Source of the DNA: an uncultured Planctomycetales bacterium
Lineage (GTDB): Bacteria > Omnitrophota > Gorgyraeia > Zapsychrales > JAHFFX01
DNA: 64,000 nt
Assembly (NCBI GenBank): GCA_964464475.1
Contig: CAYXGG010000008.1
Coordinates: forward strand, 27,294 to 91,293
Reading direction: 5' to 3'
Shown: in pieces, positions 18,369-28,474 of the stretch
Layout: every line of letters starts with the position of its first letter
How positions within the stretch are numbered: the first letter of the stretch is position 1
Made by a program: the position numbers and the translations under genes
The notes under the pieces: generated by a model
Told to the model about the DNA's origin: nothing
The model's input: only the letters and a program-made list of their open reading frames with translations
Databases searched by the model: none

Positions 18369-19151
18369 ATGGTTATGAAAAAACGCAGTTTTGTGATTGT
18401 GGCCGGGGGAATAGGCCTGGCCTTGGTGGTTTTTGGGGTTTGGGTGTCCCAGCAGTACGTGGTTCCGATCCTGATGTATCACCACGTGGCGGTGGCGGAC
18501 CCTAAAGAAGCAAACTGGGTGACGCCGGAGAATTTTGCCAGGCAGATGGCCTATTTAAAAGAGCATGGCTATAACGTCATCGCGTTGGCTGATCTAATCG
18601 AAAGGATGCGAGCCGGAAAAGATTTTCCCCGTAATACCGTTGTCATTACCTTTGATGACGGGTATGACAATAATTATTATCACGCTTTTCCTGTTCTTAA
18701 ACGTTTTGGTTTCCCGGCGACGATTTTTATGGTCGCAGATTTTGTCGACCAACCAGGATTTCTCACGCTTGCGCAAATGCAGGAAATGCAGACCCAGGGC
18801 ATTACTTTTGGCAGTCATTCCCGCCGTCACGCCTATTTGCCTGATGTCTCCCCCGAAGTCTTACGAGATGAAGTCGTTAACAGTAAAAAAATATTGGAAG
18901 AACTACTCAATCGTCCTATCGATTTGATGGGCTATCCGTCCGGTGGCTATAATGCGGAAGTTCAGCAAGTTGTTCGGGAAGCCGGCTATCGCGGGGCTTG
19001 CACTACCAACCGCGGGTTTTCTCGACAGAATGAAGATCTGTACGCGTTGAAGCGCGTGCGTTTTGTTAATCGCAGCACAGATTGGCCTATTAATTGGATG
19101 CAATTATCAGGCTATTATAATTTGTTTCGTTCTCCGAAGAATCCAGATTAA
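18369..19151 (+). CDS. polysaccharide deacetylase (NodB/CE4 family), membrane-anchored
   Basis: TFDDGY and HSRRH motifs; N-terminal TM helix. Confidence 0.8.
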   Translation: MVMKKRSFVIVAGGIGLALVVFGVWVSQQYVVPILMYHHVAVADPKEANWVTPENFARQMAYLKEHGYNVIALADLIERMRAGKDFPRNTVVITFDDGYDNNYYHAFPVLKRFGFPATIFMVADFVDQPGFLTLAQMQEMQTQGITFGSHSRRHAYLPDVSPEVLRDEVVNSKKILEELLNRPIDLMGYPSGGYNAEVQQVVREAGYRGACTTNRGFSRQNEDLYALKRVRFVNRSTDWPINWMQLSGYYNLFRSPKNPD

Positions 19152-19175
19152 CCTCTAACCAGCATAAGGAATGCT

Positions 19176-22100
19176 ATGTCGACCCAAGAATCACTTTATC
19201 AGTTAAATCACGACGGATCGTTTGTGATTCGTCAGTATAACCGCGCCAAACCTTTTAGTAATTTTTTTCCCGGTATCGCCGGTGTCTGGGGAACGCCTAT
19301 GTGGGTGTTTTACACGAATCGCGGTCAGGCCATCTCCAGTTTTGGGATAGAAAGCAAGGACAAGGCCATCTGTGAATTTCAACCGGCCAATAAAGCTTTT
19401 CGTCAAACCAGCTTGCATGGCTTTCGAACTTTTTTGAAAATCAGTTCCGCTGGAAAAGCGATCACGCTGGAACCCTTCCAGGATCAGGAGTTAGCCCTAT
19501 CTTCTAAAAAGAAACAGCAGCTAACCATCAATTCTCATGACTTGACACTAAGTGAACACAATTTGCAGGCGGGGATCCAAGTTGACGTGAATTATTTTAC
19601 GTTGCCGGAAGAACCCACTGCAGCGTTAGTTCGGCGGCTCACGATTAAGAATATTTCTCGAAAAGCACAAACCTTGGAAATAGTAGATGGATTACCCATG
19701 ATGGTTTGTTTTGGGATCAACGAGTGGGCGTTGAAGAACATGTCGCGTACCGTGGAGGCCTGGATTGTTGTCGATAATTTGCCAAAGAAAGCTCCTTATT
19801 ATCATCTTAAGGTGGACATCGCTGATAAACCTATTGTGGAGCCGATTACGGAAGGGAATTTTTACTTTGCTTTTGTATCTGGAAGCCGTGAGGGAAAATT
19901 GTTGGATCCCATTATTGAAGCGTCCAAGGTTTTCGGTGCTTGTCAGGATTATCAAATCCCTCAGGCTTTCTGGGCGGCGAACACCTATTCGGTTCCCAAA
20001 ATTCAATTCGCCTCAAATAGGACGCCGTGCGCGTTTAGTTTTCATAAAACGACCTTAAAACCCGGGCAGAAGGTTGAGATTATTTCTTTGGCTGGCTACG
20101 CGGCTAGTATTCAGGATTTAAATTCTTTTGTCGAGAAAGCTACGCGTCGAGGTTATGTCGAGCAAAAAGCTCAACGGAATCAGGAAATCATTCAGGAAAT
20201 TAAGAATTTTACTTTGACTAAAAGCGCGTCATCGGCTTTTGACGCCTACGCCGGTCAAACGTTTCTGGACAATGTCTTACGCGGTGGCCTTCCCGTGTCG
20301 TTAGCGGTGGGAGATTCTAAAGTGGCTTTTAATGTGTATAGCCGTAAACATGGGGATCCGGAAAGGGATTATAATTATTTTCTGCTTTCGCCAACTAACT
20401 TTTCTCAAGGTAACGGTAATTACCGCGACGTTAATCAGAACCGGCGCAGCGATGTCTGGTTCAATCAAGATGTTAAAGACGCGCACATCATTAATTTTTT
20501 AAGTCTGAGCCAAGCGGACGGATATAATCCTCTGGTCGTCAAAGGATTGTCTTTCTCCGTCGTGGATAAGGCCAAGGTAATATCGTTACTGTCGGGGCAC
20601 CTCAAAAAAGATGAAGAGCAGGAAAGAGTTTTGAAGTTCCTGGATAATCCTTTCCAGCCCGGTGAACTACTGCGCTTCATCACGCAAAACAAAATTGGGC
20701 TCAAAAAATCTTTGTCGCAGTTTTTGGGTGATATCTTGACTGTTTGTCAGAAAAATGAGGCGGCTGATCATGGAGAAGGGTTTTGGGTGGATCACTGGCA
20801 GTATAATTTGGACATGATTGAAAGTTATTTGGCCGTTTATCCGGAATCTTTGAAGGATTTGTTATTAGGAAAGAAGTCATTCACGTTTTTTCATAATGCG
20901 CATTATGTTTTATCTCGTGATGAACGGTATGTCCTGACTCCCGAGGGCGTGCGTCAATATCATTCGGTCAAAGACGCTCGTAAGGAAATTAAAACAGTTC
21001 ATAAAGATAATCGTTTGAGAGTCAAACATGGCGAGGGGCATATTTATCATACCCATTTGCTGGCGAAATTGTTGGTTTTGGTCGCGAGCAAAGCCGCGAC
21101 CCTAGATCCGGATGGAATCGGAATTGAAATGGAAGCGGACAAGCCGAGTTGGTATGACGCGCTTAACGGCTTACCGGGCTTGTTGGGCTCTTCGATTTGC
21201 GAAACCTTTGAATTAAAGCGACTGGCGAAATTTCTATTAAATGCGTTTGAGGCGGTGCAACTTAATGACCAGGACCCCGTGGAAATTTTTGTAGAGCTCG
21301 CTGTTTTTGTTCGTGGTTTACTCGAAGCGTTACGGCATCGCACGGACGCTTTAATCTATTGGGACCGCTCGAATGAAATAAAGGAGCAATACCGGGAAAA
21401 AGTCCGTTTGGGATTAGATGGCCATGAAGAGGAGATTTCTATCGGCGACATCAAAGAATTCTTACGGTTGCTGATTGATCGAATTGACGAAGGGATTGCG
21501 AAGGCTAAGGGCAAAAATGGTCTTTTTGCCACGTACTTTGCTTATGACGTGATTGAACATGAACCGCTGGAAAAAAAGCAAGCCGATGGTCGTCCTTTTA
21601 TCTGGCCGCTAAAATTTAAACGGCATGATTTGACGCACTTTTTGGAAGGATTTGTGCACGGGTTGAAAGTGGAAGATGATCCGACTCAGGCCCGTCAGCT
21701 CTATAACGCGGTGCGGCAAAGCGCGTTATTTGATAAAAAACTTAAGATGTATAAGGTGAATGCTGATTTGCGAAAGGAATCACAGAATATTGGTCGCTGC
21801 CATGTCTTTCCCGCGGGATGGCTAGAAAATGAGTCGGTGTGGTTGCACATGGCATATAAATATTTATTGGAAATCTTTCGAGCTGGGTTGTATGCCGAAT
21901 TTTTTGCGGATTTCAAAACGTCGCTGGTGCCGTTTTTGAATCCGAATGTTTATGGCCGTAGCATTTTGGAGAATTCTTCGTTTATTGTGAGTAGCGCCCA
22001 CGAAGATCCGTCTTTGCATGGTCAAGGATTTGTCGCGCGGTTAAGCGGCAGTACCGCGGAGTTTCTGCAATTGTGGTTATTGATGAACGTGGGGACCAAT

Positions 22101-22460
22101 CCATTTCGGATGGGTCAGGATGGTCAGTTAACGTTTGCGTTTCGTCCTGTTCTCCCCGGCTGGATGTTTACGCAAGAGCGCGGCGAAATCAGTGTTTGTC
22201 CTGGGACAAAAACTAAAGAAAAGATTGTTATTCCTGCCAATTCCTACGCGTTTAATTTATTTGGGGAAACGTTGGTGGTTTATCATAATCCGAGACGTGT
22301 CGATACTTTTGGAGAGAAAGCTGTTGTCATCGAACGTTTAGAATTGACGTACGCGGGTAAGTCAAAGACGGTCACTGTCAAAGGCGAGATTCTGGGGGGA
22401 GATCTGGCTCGGGATTTGCGCGACCGGAAACTCGCGCGGGTTGACGCGTATTTTCGCTAA
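19176..22460 (+). CDS. large (1094 aa) cytoplasmic protein, possibly (alpha/alpha)6-barrel glycoside hydrolase/phosphorylase-like
   Basis: Clean long ORF without signal peptide; weak resemblance of …PSWYDALNGL… to the GH94 'DWNDxLN' catalytic-region motif; size matches 1,2-beta-oligoglucan-phosphorylase-type proteins. The functional call is tentative. Confidence 0.45.
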   Translation: MSTQESLYQLNHDGSFVIRQYNRAKPFSNFFPGIAGVWGTPMWVFYTNRGQAISSFGIESKDKAICEFQPANKAFRQTSLHGFRTFLKISSAGKAITLEPFQDQELALSSKKKQQLTINSHDLTLSEHNLQAGIQVDVNYFTLPEEPTAALVRRLTIKNISRKAQTLEIVDGLPMMVCFGINEWALKNMSRTVEAWIVVDNLPKKAPYYHLKVDIADKPIVEPITEGNFYFAFVSGSREGKLLDPIIEASKVFGACQDYQIPQAFWAANTYSVPKIQFASNRTPCAFSFHKTTLKPGQKVEIISLAGYAASIQDLNSFVEKATRRGYVEQKAQRNQEIIQEIKNFTLTKSASSAFDAYAGQTFLDNVLRGGLPVSLAVGDSKVAFNVYSRKHGDPERDYNYFLLSPTNFSQGNGNYRDVNQNRRSDVWFNQDVKDAHIINFLSLSQADGYNPLVVKGLSFSVVDKAKVISLLSGHLKKDEEQERVLKFLDNPFQPGELLRFITQNKIGLKKSLSQFLGDILTVCQKNEAADHGEGFWVDHWQYNLDMIESYLAVYPESLKDLLLGKKSFTFFHNAHYVLSRDERYVLTPEGVRQYHSVKDARKEIKTVHKDNRLRVKHGEGHIYHTHLLAKLLVLVASKAATLDPDGIGIEMEADKPSWYDALNGLPGLLGSSICETFELKRLAKFLLNAFEAVQLNDQDPVEIFVELAVFVRGLLEALRHRTDALIYWDRSNEIKEQYREKVRLGLDGHEEEISIGDIKEFLRLLIDRIDEGIAKAKGKNGLFATYFAYDVIEHEPLEKKQADGRPFIWPLKFKRHDLTHFLEGFVHGLKVEDDPTQARQLYNAVRQSALFDKKLKMYKVNADLRKESQNIGRCHVFPAGWLENESVWLHMAYKYLLEIFRAGLYAEFFADFKTSLVPFLNPNVYGRSILENSSFIVSSAHEDPSLHGQGFVARLSGSTAEFLQLWLLMNVGTNPFRMGQDGQLTFAFRPVLPGWMFTQERGEISVCPGTKTKEKIVIPANSYAFNLFGETLVVYHNPRRVDTFGEKAVVIERLELTYAGKSKTVTVKGEILGGDLARDLRDRKLARVDAYFR

Positions 22461-22533
22461 GCGCTGCGCTCGTGCGGCTTTGTTTTTTGAGTTAGAAAAA
22501 ATGGCAATAACGGTTGAACCAAAGGAGGACGCG

Positions 22534-22782
22534 ATGAATAAAAATTACCTTTATGGTTTTTTGACGGCAACGGTATTATTTTTGTCTTTAGGGAATATGT
22601 TTTTATATAAAGCGGAAGCGCAGTCGCGGGGATTTGGCGGGGTGGTTCCTTTTGTTACGCCGAGTGGATGGGTGGGGCTTTTTAATCAGAATGACGGAAT
22701 GATGTATTTTTATGATGACCGCTTGCAGAATTGCATCAAGACGGTAAAAGTGAACACTTTGGGTGGGGCTTTACAGGAATAA
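22534..22782 (+). CDS. small secreted hypothetical protein
   Basis: AAGGAGG SD 7 nt upstream of ATG 22534; signal-peptide-like N-terminus; lies directly upstream of moxR. Confidence 0.4.
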   Translation: MNKNYLYGFLTATVLFLSLGNMFLYKAEAQSRGFGGVVPFVTPSGWVGLFNQNDGMMYFYDDRLQNCIKTVKVNTLGGALQE

Positions 22783-22793
22783 AGGGAGGGCTT

Positions 22794-23786
22794 ATGGAAG
22801 TTAACGTGGCGGCTTTAAATGAAAAGATCAAGCAGGAAAGTAGTTTTGTGCACGCTCTTTATTCGGAAACAGAAAAAGTGATTGTGGGGCAGCGTTATTT
22901 ACTGGAGCGACTGCTGGTGGGACTTTTGGCCAATGGGCACGTTTTGATTGAGGGGGTTCCGGGGTTGGCTAAAACTACCGCAGTTAAGACGCTTTCTAGC
23001 GCGATCCAGACGCGTTTTCAGCGCGTTCAGTTTACGCCGGACATGTTACCGGCGGATTTGACAGGGACGCTGATTTATGATCAAAAGGCCGGTGATTTTA
23101 AAATTAAAAAAGGACCGATTTTTGCCAATCTAATCCTGGCGGATGAAATCAACCGTGCTCCCGCCAAAGTCCAAAGCGCGCTCTTGGAAGCTATGCAGGA
23201 AAGGCAAGTGACCATCGGTGAAGAAACACTGAAACTTGATGATCCTTTTTTGGTTTTGGCCACTCAGAATCCCATTGAACAGGAAGGGACTTATCCGCTT
23301 CCCGAAGCCCAGGTTGATCGGTTTATGCTGAAAGTCAAGATCACGTATCCGACTAAGGAAGAGGAATTAAAAATTCTTAAACGCATGTCGTTCACGGAGC
23401 AAAAACTGGCCCCGCAGAAAATTATTTCTCCTAAAGACATTCTTAATGCTCGGCATCTCGTTGATGAAATTTACATGGACGAGAAGATTGAACGATATAT
23501 TGTTGATTTGGTCGAAGCGACGCGGCATCCGGCAGATTATCGCTTGGCTGAGCTTAAAGGGTTGATTCAGTATGGCGCTTCTCCTCGGGCGACCATTTTC
23601 TTGGCTTTGGCCGCCAAAGCTTACGCTTTCTTGCAAGGGCGTGGCTACGTAACGCCCCAGGATGTTAAATCCATCGGATTAGACGTTCTGCGTCACCGCG
23701 TGATCGTCAGTTATGAAGCGGAAGCTGAAGAAAAGAATTCGGAAGATATTATTAAAAGAATTTTTGACGAAATTGCCGTTCCGTAA
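22794..23786 (+). CDS. moxR: MoxR-family AAA+ ATPase
   Basis: Walker A GVPGLAKT, Walker B LILADEINRA, MoxR-type C-terminus; AGGGAGGG SD before ATG 22794. Confidence 0.9.
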   Translation: MEVNVAALNEKIKQESSFVHALYSETEKVIVGQRYLLERLLVGLLANGHVLIEGVPGLAKTTAVKTLSSAIQTRFQRVQFTPDMLPADLTGTLIYDQKAGDFKIKKGPIFANLILADEINRAPAKVQSALLEAMQERQVTIGEETLKLDDPFLVLATQNPIEQEGTYPLPEAQVDRFMLKVKITYPTKEEELKILKRMSFTEQKLAPQKIISPKDILNARHLVDEIYMDEKIERYIVDLVEATRHPADYRLAELKGLIQYGASPRATIFLALAAKAYAFLQGRGYVTPQDVKSIGLDVLRHRVIVSYEAEAEEKNSEDIIKRIFDEIAVP

Positions 23787-23929
23787 CTTTCGGGTTTAGA
23801 GAAAAGGGTATAGGGTAAAGTTGGGAAGTCCTAAGCCTTTCTTGATTCTGAGGTTTTGAAGGATGAAGAACTGTTTGTCGAAGACCCTAATCCCTATTTA
23901 GCAGACCCGCCCATTGTTTTCATACCGCT

Positions 23930-24841
23930 ATGTTACCTAAAGAACTTTATAGTCAAGTCCGGCGTATTGAGATCGCGACGTCTCGTCTGGTGACGGATGT
24001 TTTCGCGGGCGAGTATCACAGCGTGTTTAAAGGCCGGGGCATGGAATTTGATGAGGTCCGAGAATATGCGATTGGCGATGATATCCGCATGATTGATTGG
24101 AACGTCACCGCCCGGACCGGCGTTGTTCACGTCAAGAAATTTGTGGAAGAGCGTGAATTGACGGTCATGATTCTGGTCGATGTCTCCGCGTCCGCCTCGT
24201 TTGGTTCCGTTAAAGAAGTAAAAAGCCGCTTGGCCGCCGAGATAGCGGCGGTCCTCGCTTTCGCAGCTATCCGGAATAATGATAAAGTCGGTTTGATTAT
24301 GTTTTCCGATCATATTGAGTTGTTTATACCCGCGCGGAAAGGACTGAAGCACGTGTTGCGGATTGTTCGCGAAGTTCTTTTCTTTCAGCCGAAAGGTCTT
24401 GGGACGAATTTGGTGGAGGCTTTGGAATTCTTAAGCAAGGTAGCAACGCGGCGTTCTGTCGCGTTTGTGATTTCGGATTTCTTTATGACGCGTCCGATCG
24501 CCAAATCGAACGACCCGTCGGAAGCGTTACGCAAGGCGCTTAAGATTGCTAATAAGAAACACGATGTCATTGCGGTGACACTTAATGATCCCCGGGAACA
24601 TGAATTACCGGATTGTGGGATTTTACGTTTGCGGGATGCGGAAACCGGTCGAGAGAAAATATTAGACGCGGGAGATCGCAACGTTCGAAATAGTTTTGCT
24701 CGAGAGGCGCGCGCCCGGACAGAAGGACGTAAGCGACTTTTTCAGGCGGTGGACGTGGACCAAATTGAGGTTTGGACGCAGGAACCGTTTGTGGACGCGA
24801 TCGTGAGGTTTTTTATGCGACGTCAAAGAAAATGGAATTAA
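23930..24841 (+). CDS. DUF58 (vWA-like) protein, MoxR partner
   Basis: …EYAIGDDIRMIDWNVTARTG…HVKKF… DUF58 signature; conserved position after moxR. Confidence 0.85.
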   Translation: MLPKELYSQVRRIEIATSRLVTDVFAGEYHSVFKGRGMEFDEVREYAIGDDIRMIDWNVTARTGVVHVKKFVEERELTVMILVDVSASASFGSVKEVKSRLAAEIAAVLAFAAIRNNDKVGLIMFSDHIELFIPARKGLKHVLRIVREVLFFQPKGLGTNLVEALEFLSKVATRRSVAFVISDFFMTRPIAKSNDPSEALRKALKIANKKHDVIAVTLNDPREHELPDCGILRLRDAETGREKILDAGDRNVRNSFAREARARTEGRKRLFQAVDVDQIEVWTQEPFVDAIVRFFMRRQRKWN

Positions 24842-24852
24842 TAGGTAAAAAG

Positions 24853-25404
24853 ATGAGAATTGGTATTTTGCTTTTAGTGCTTTGGGGCGGGCTCGGTTTC
24901 TTTCCAGCTTCGGCTGAATCCTTGCGGGATGTTAAACCTCCGGTGGAAGTGCCGGGTAGTCCGTGGCCAGCCGTGGTGGGGGGAATGGTTGTTCTCTTGC
25001 TGGGAGTTTGGTGGTGGGTTGAGGGGCGCCGCCGGTGGGGAACCCGGAGAGCGGCGCCCCCGTCTTCTCGTACGCCGTCAGAGATCGCGTTGGAGAGTTT
25101 GCAAACCTTACAACAGAACCGCGATCGAGGACTCACTCCCAAGGGTTATTACGAGGAGCTTTCTACCATTGTGCGAACTTATTTAGAAGCGCGCTTTCAG
25201 CTGCGTGCGCCGGAAATGACCACGGATGAATTCCTTAGGTCATTAAACCAAACAGAGGTTTTAACCGCCGGCCAAAAAGAGTTTCTTAAAGATTTTCTAA
25301 ACGCGTGCGATTTGGTTAAGTTTGCGAAATTCAGTCCCCCACCGCAGGAAGCGGAATCCGCCTGGAACAAAGCCCGACAATTAGTGATGGAGACCTCGGG
25401 TTAA
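24853..25404 (+). CDS. Bat-operon small membrane protein (DUF4381-like)
   Basis: N-terminal signal/TM plus a second TM; positioned between DUF58 and batA as in other Bat loci; ATG 24853 with AGGTAAAAAG upstream. Confidence 0.55.
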   Translation: MRIGILLLVLWGGLGFFPASAESLRDVKPPVEVPGSPWPAVVGGMVVLLLGVWWWVEGRRRWGTRRAAPPSSRTPSEIALESLQTLQQNRDRGLTPKGYYEELSTIVRTYLEARFQLRAPEMTTDEFLRSLNQTEVLTAGQKEFLKDFLNACDLVKFAKFSPPPQEAESAWNKARQLVMETSG

Positions 25405-25427
25405 GGGGCAAGGGAGCCTAAAAGTTC

Positions 25428-26426
25428 ATGCTGGAATTTAAAACACCTTTTTTATTGCTGCTGCTGCCGGTGTTGTTTTTTTTATGGTGGTGGCGTTATC
25501 GTCGGGATGAGAGGACGGCTTTTCGTTATTCCAATACCGATATCCTAAACGCTGTTCCGGAAGGCTGGCGAGTGCGACTGCTGCCGCTGTTGAATGTTTT
25601 TCGGTGGGTGGTATTAGTACTCATGATTATTGCATTGGCTGGGCCTCGTCAAGTATTGGAAGAGACCGAGCATAAAAGCGAAGGCATTGATATTGTTTTG
25701 TCGCTAGATATCTCGGGCAGTATGGCTGCCGAAGATTTTAAATTGGGTGGACGCCGGTCCAATCGTTTAGAAATTATTAAGAAAGTGGTCGCGGAATTTA
25801 TTGAGGGCCGAAAAAGCGATCGCATTGGCCTCATCGCTTTTGGAGCACGTGCCTACACGGTTAGTCCGATGACCACAGATTATCGTTGGCTTAAGGAAAA
25901 TTTGGAGCGCGTGCAACTTGGACTGGTGGAAGATGGGACTGCCATTGGTTCGGGGCTGGCTTCGGCCCTGGGTCGCCTGAATGATTCTAAGGCTAAAAGT
26001 AAAGTGGTGATTCTTTTGACGGATGGGATGAATAACGCCGGGAAGATTGAGCCGCTCGAGGCCGCCACAACCGCCAAACAGCTGGGGGTCAAAGTCTATA
26101 CCATTGGGGCCGGTTCCAAAGAGCCCGTTCCTTTCCCGATGCGGGATTTATTTGGTCGGACTTTTTATCAGGAAGTTATGCTGGAGATTGATGAAACAAC
26201 GCTCTCGCAGATTGCCGCGGTCACGGGTGGAAAATATTTTCGAGCGACCGATACCGAATCGTTACGCCATATATACCAGCAGATCGATGCGATGGAGAAA
26301 ACCGTTTTGGAACAGTCCGGTTACAAAGAATATCAAGAGTTGTTTGCTTGGTTTCTGTTAGCCGCTTTGGGGCTCTTGCTGATGGAAATATTGTTACGGA
26401 ACTCGGTGTTTTTACAGGTACCTTAA
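25428..26426 (+). CDS. batA: BatA-like vWA-domain membrane protein
   Basis: N-terminal TM helices; vWA MIDAS DxSxS (DISGSM); C-terminal TM. Confidence 0.85.
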   Translation: MLEFKTPFLLLLLPVLFFLWWWRYRRDERTAFRYSNTDILNAVPEGWRVRLLPLLNVFRWVVLVLMIIALAGPRQVLEETEHKSEGIDIVLSLDISGSMAAEDFKLGGRRSNRLEIIKKVVAEFIEGRKSDRIGLIAFGARAYTVSPMTTDYRWLKENLERVQLGLVEDGTAIGSGLASALGRLNDSKAKSKVVILLTDGMNNAGKIEPLEAATTAKQLGVKVYTIGAGSKEPVPFPMRDLFGRTFYQEVMLEIDETTLSQIAAVTGGKYFRATDTESLRHIYQQIDAMEKTVLEQSGYKEYQELFAWFLLAALGLLLMEILLRNSVFLQVP

Positions 26427-26434
26427 GATCATTT

Positions 26435-27463
26435 ATGCGTTTCGCGCAACCAGACATTTTGTGGTTCTTGTGGGCTGTGGGAGGGCTTGTGGCTTTTTGG
26501 ATTTGGGCCGCGGGTTTTCGTCGTGAAAGGATTTCACGCTTTGTCGCGGCTGAACTATTAGATAAGGTGACCTCGGGTGTAAGTCAAGCGCGATGGACGC
26601 TGCGAGCGGTCCTTTTAACTGGGGTGGTAATCTTTTCCATTGTGGCGTTGGCGAGACCCCAATGGGGATTCAAATGGCAGGAGGTTAAGCGCCAGGGAGT
26701 GGACATTTTAGTCGCGATAGATACTTCAAAAAGTATGCTGACTCAGGATATTAAGCCTAGTCGGCTCGAGCGCTCTAAGTTGGCGGTCAAAGATTTGTTA
26801 AAAAAACTTAAAGGGGACCGCATCGGTTTGTTGGCTTTTTCAGGATCAGCTTTTATGGTGTGCCCTTTAACCGTGGATGCTAATGGTTTTTTGATGGCGT
26901 TGAATGATTTGAACATCAATACGATTCCCCGCGGCGGAACCGAGATTGCCGAGGCCATCCGTTACGCGTTAAGGATGTACAAGGATGTTCCGGGTAAATA
27001 CAAAGCGTTGATTATCATGACGGATGGAGAAAATCAATCCGGTGACCCGCTTGCCGCTGCCCAAGAGGCCAAAGCTTTGGGCGTTAAAATTTATTGCATT
27101 GGCGTGGGAACCAAAGAGGGGGAACTCATTCAGATAGCTGGAAGCGATGAGAAAAGCGCGGGGTACTTGAAAGACGCCAATGGTAACTATGTCCGATCCC
27201 GACTGAATGAAATGTTGCTTTCGCAAATCGCTCAGACCACGGGAGGGATCTATGTCCGGGCGGCGGGAGCGCAATTCGGCTTGGAGCAAATTTATGATCA
27301 GGAATTAAGCAAAATGGAAAAACGCGAGATTGAGAGCAAAATGGAAAAACGCTATCAGGAACGTTACCAATATCCGTTGGGGGTTGCATTTTTGTTGATT
27401 TTGGTTGAGACTTTTGGTTTGAATCGAAAAAGAAGAATGTTGGTTCGTGTGACTCCTGATTAG
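26435..27463 (+). CDS. batB: BatB-like vWA-domain membrane protein
   Basis: TM helices plus vWA (DTSKSM); ATG 26435 lies 9 nt after the batA stop; contains the SKMEKR tandem repeat. Confidence 0.85.
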   Translation: MRFAQPDILWFLWAVGGLVAFWIWAAGFRRERISRFVAAELLDKVTSGVSQARWTLRAVLLTGVVIFSIVALARPQWGFKWQEVKRQGVDILVAIDTSKSMLTQDIKPSRLERSKLAVKDLLKKLKGDRIGLLAFSGSAFMVCPLTVDANGFLMALNDLNINTIPRGGTEIAEAIRYALRMYKDVPGKYKALIIMTDGENQSGDPLAAAQEAKALGVKIYCIGVGTKEGELIQIAGSDEKSAGYLKDANGNYVRSRLNEMLLSQIAQTTGGIYVRAAGAQFGLEQIYDQELSKMEKREIESKMEKRYQERYQYPLGVAFLLILVETFGLNRKRRMLVRVTPD

Positions 27464-27480
27464 CATGCTAGAGAGATAGA

Positions 27481-28470
27481 ATGTTGACCAAAAGAATAAT
27501 GAGCTTAATGTTTTCTTTATTCATGTTTTCTGTTCCAGTAACTACGGAAGCAGCGCCTGAGTTCATTGATAAATTGTTTTTCCAGCTCACTCGTGAGGTT
27601 AAGAAAGCTAATCAATTCTATCAGCAAGGTAAGTATGAAGATGCTTCAACCTTGCTTTCAAAATCATTGAAAAATGCACCTGGTTCTGATGTCCTTCAAT
27701 ATAATTTAGGAACTGCGTTGTATAAAAAGAATGATTTTGAAGGCGCTGTCCATCATTTACGGCAATCATTGTTAGGCGAAACGGCGGATTTGAAATTTAA
27801 AAGTCATTTTAATTTAGGAAACGCCTTGTATCAGAAAGGTGTTGCTCAGGAGGAAAGTAATCTTGACGCGGCTATCAATGATTTGGAGCAGTCGGTAGAT
27901 TCTTACGCCGAAGCAATCAAAATTGATTCCAGAGATGCTGACGCGTTGGCTAATCAACAATGGATTAAATCCGAATTAGATCGGTTAAAAAATAAAAAGC
28001 AGCAACAACAGCAAGATAAGCAAAAGAGTCAATCGAGTAGTCAACAAAAAGACCAGGATAAAAATAGTCAGCAACAAAAAAAGCAAAAGCAGGATTCAAA
28101 ATCATCGCAGAATCAATCTCAGCCGTCCTCAGATCAATCGCAAGAAAACCGTTCGGGAGAGAAGAAAGAAAATAGAGATGACCAGTCCTCGCCGGCTAGA
28201 GATGCTCAGTCGTCGACTAATAATGATCAGCAAAAGAGTGACAAGGAACAATCTGGTCAGCCCAGTGAGTCGTTTGAATCCACGAAACAAGAAGGCAATA
28301 AAGCGCAGAATTCTTCTGTCGATGATTCAATTCAGGCATCCAAAGATATCTCGGATAAAAAAGAAGCTCTGATGCGTTTAAATGATTATATCGACAATGA
28401 GGAACCCAAGCAGATGCTTAATTTAAATCCGCAGCGAGGCAAAGAGCGATCTGTGGAGAAGGATTGGTGA
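27481..28470 (+). CDS. batC: BatC-like TPR protein with long Gln/Lys/Ser/Asp-rich low-complexity tail
   Basis: Signal peptide, TPR repeats, then a tail of about 150 aa rich in Q/K/S/D. Confidence 0.7.
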   Translation: MLTKRIMSLMFSLFMFSVPVTTEAAPEFIDKLFFQLTREVKKANQFYQQGKYEDASTLLSKSLKNAPGSDVLQYNLGTALYKKNDFEGAVHHLRQSLLGETADLKFKSHFNLGNALYQKGVAQEESNLDAAINDLEQSVDSYAEAIKIDSRDADALANQQWIKSELDRLKNKKQQQQQDKQKSQSSSQQKDQDKNSQQQKKQKQDSKSSQNQSQPSSDQSQENRSGEKKENRDDQSSPARDAQSSTNNDQQKSDKEQSGQPSESFESTKQEGNKAQNSSVDDSIQASKDISDKKEALMRLNDYIDNEEPKQMLNLNPQRGKERSVEKDW

Positions 28471-28474
28471 GGCC

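Noticed and set aside
27481-28470. BatC low-complexity region as a frameshifted or misassembled repeat
   Set aside because: The reading frame is continuous, the composition bias is at the amino-acid level (Q/K/S/D) rather than a simple nucleotide tandem repeat, and the ORF ends where batD begins.
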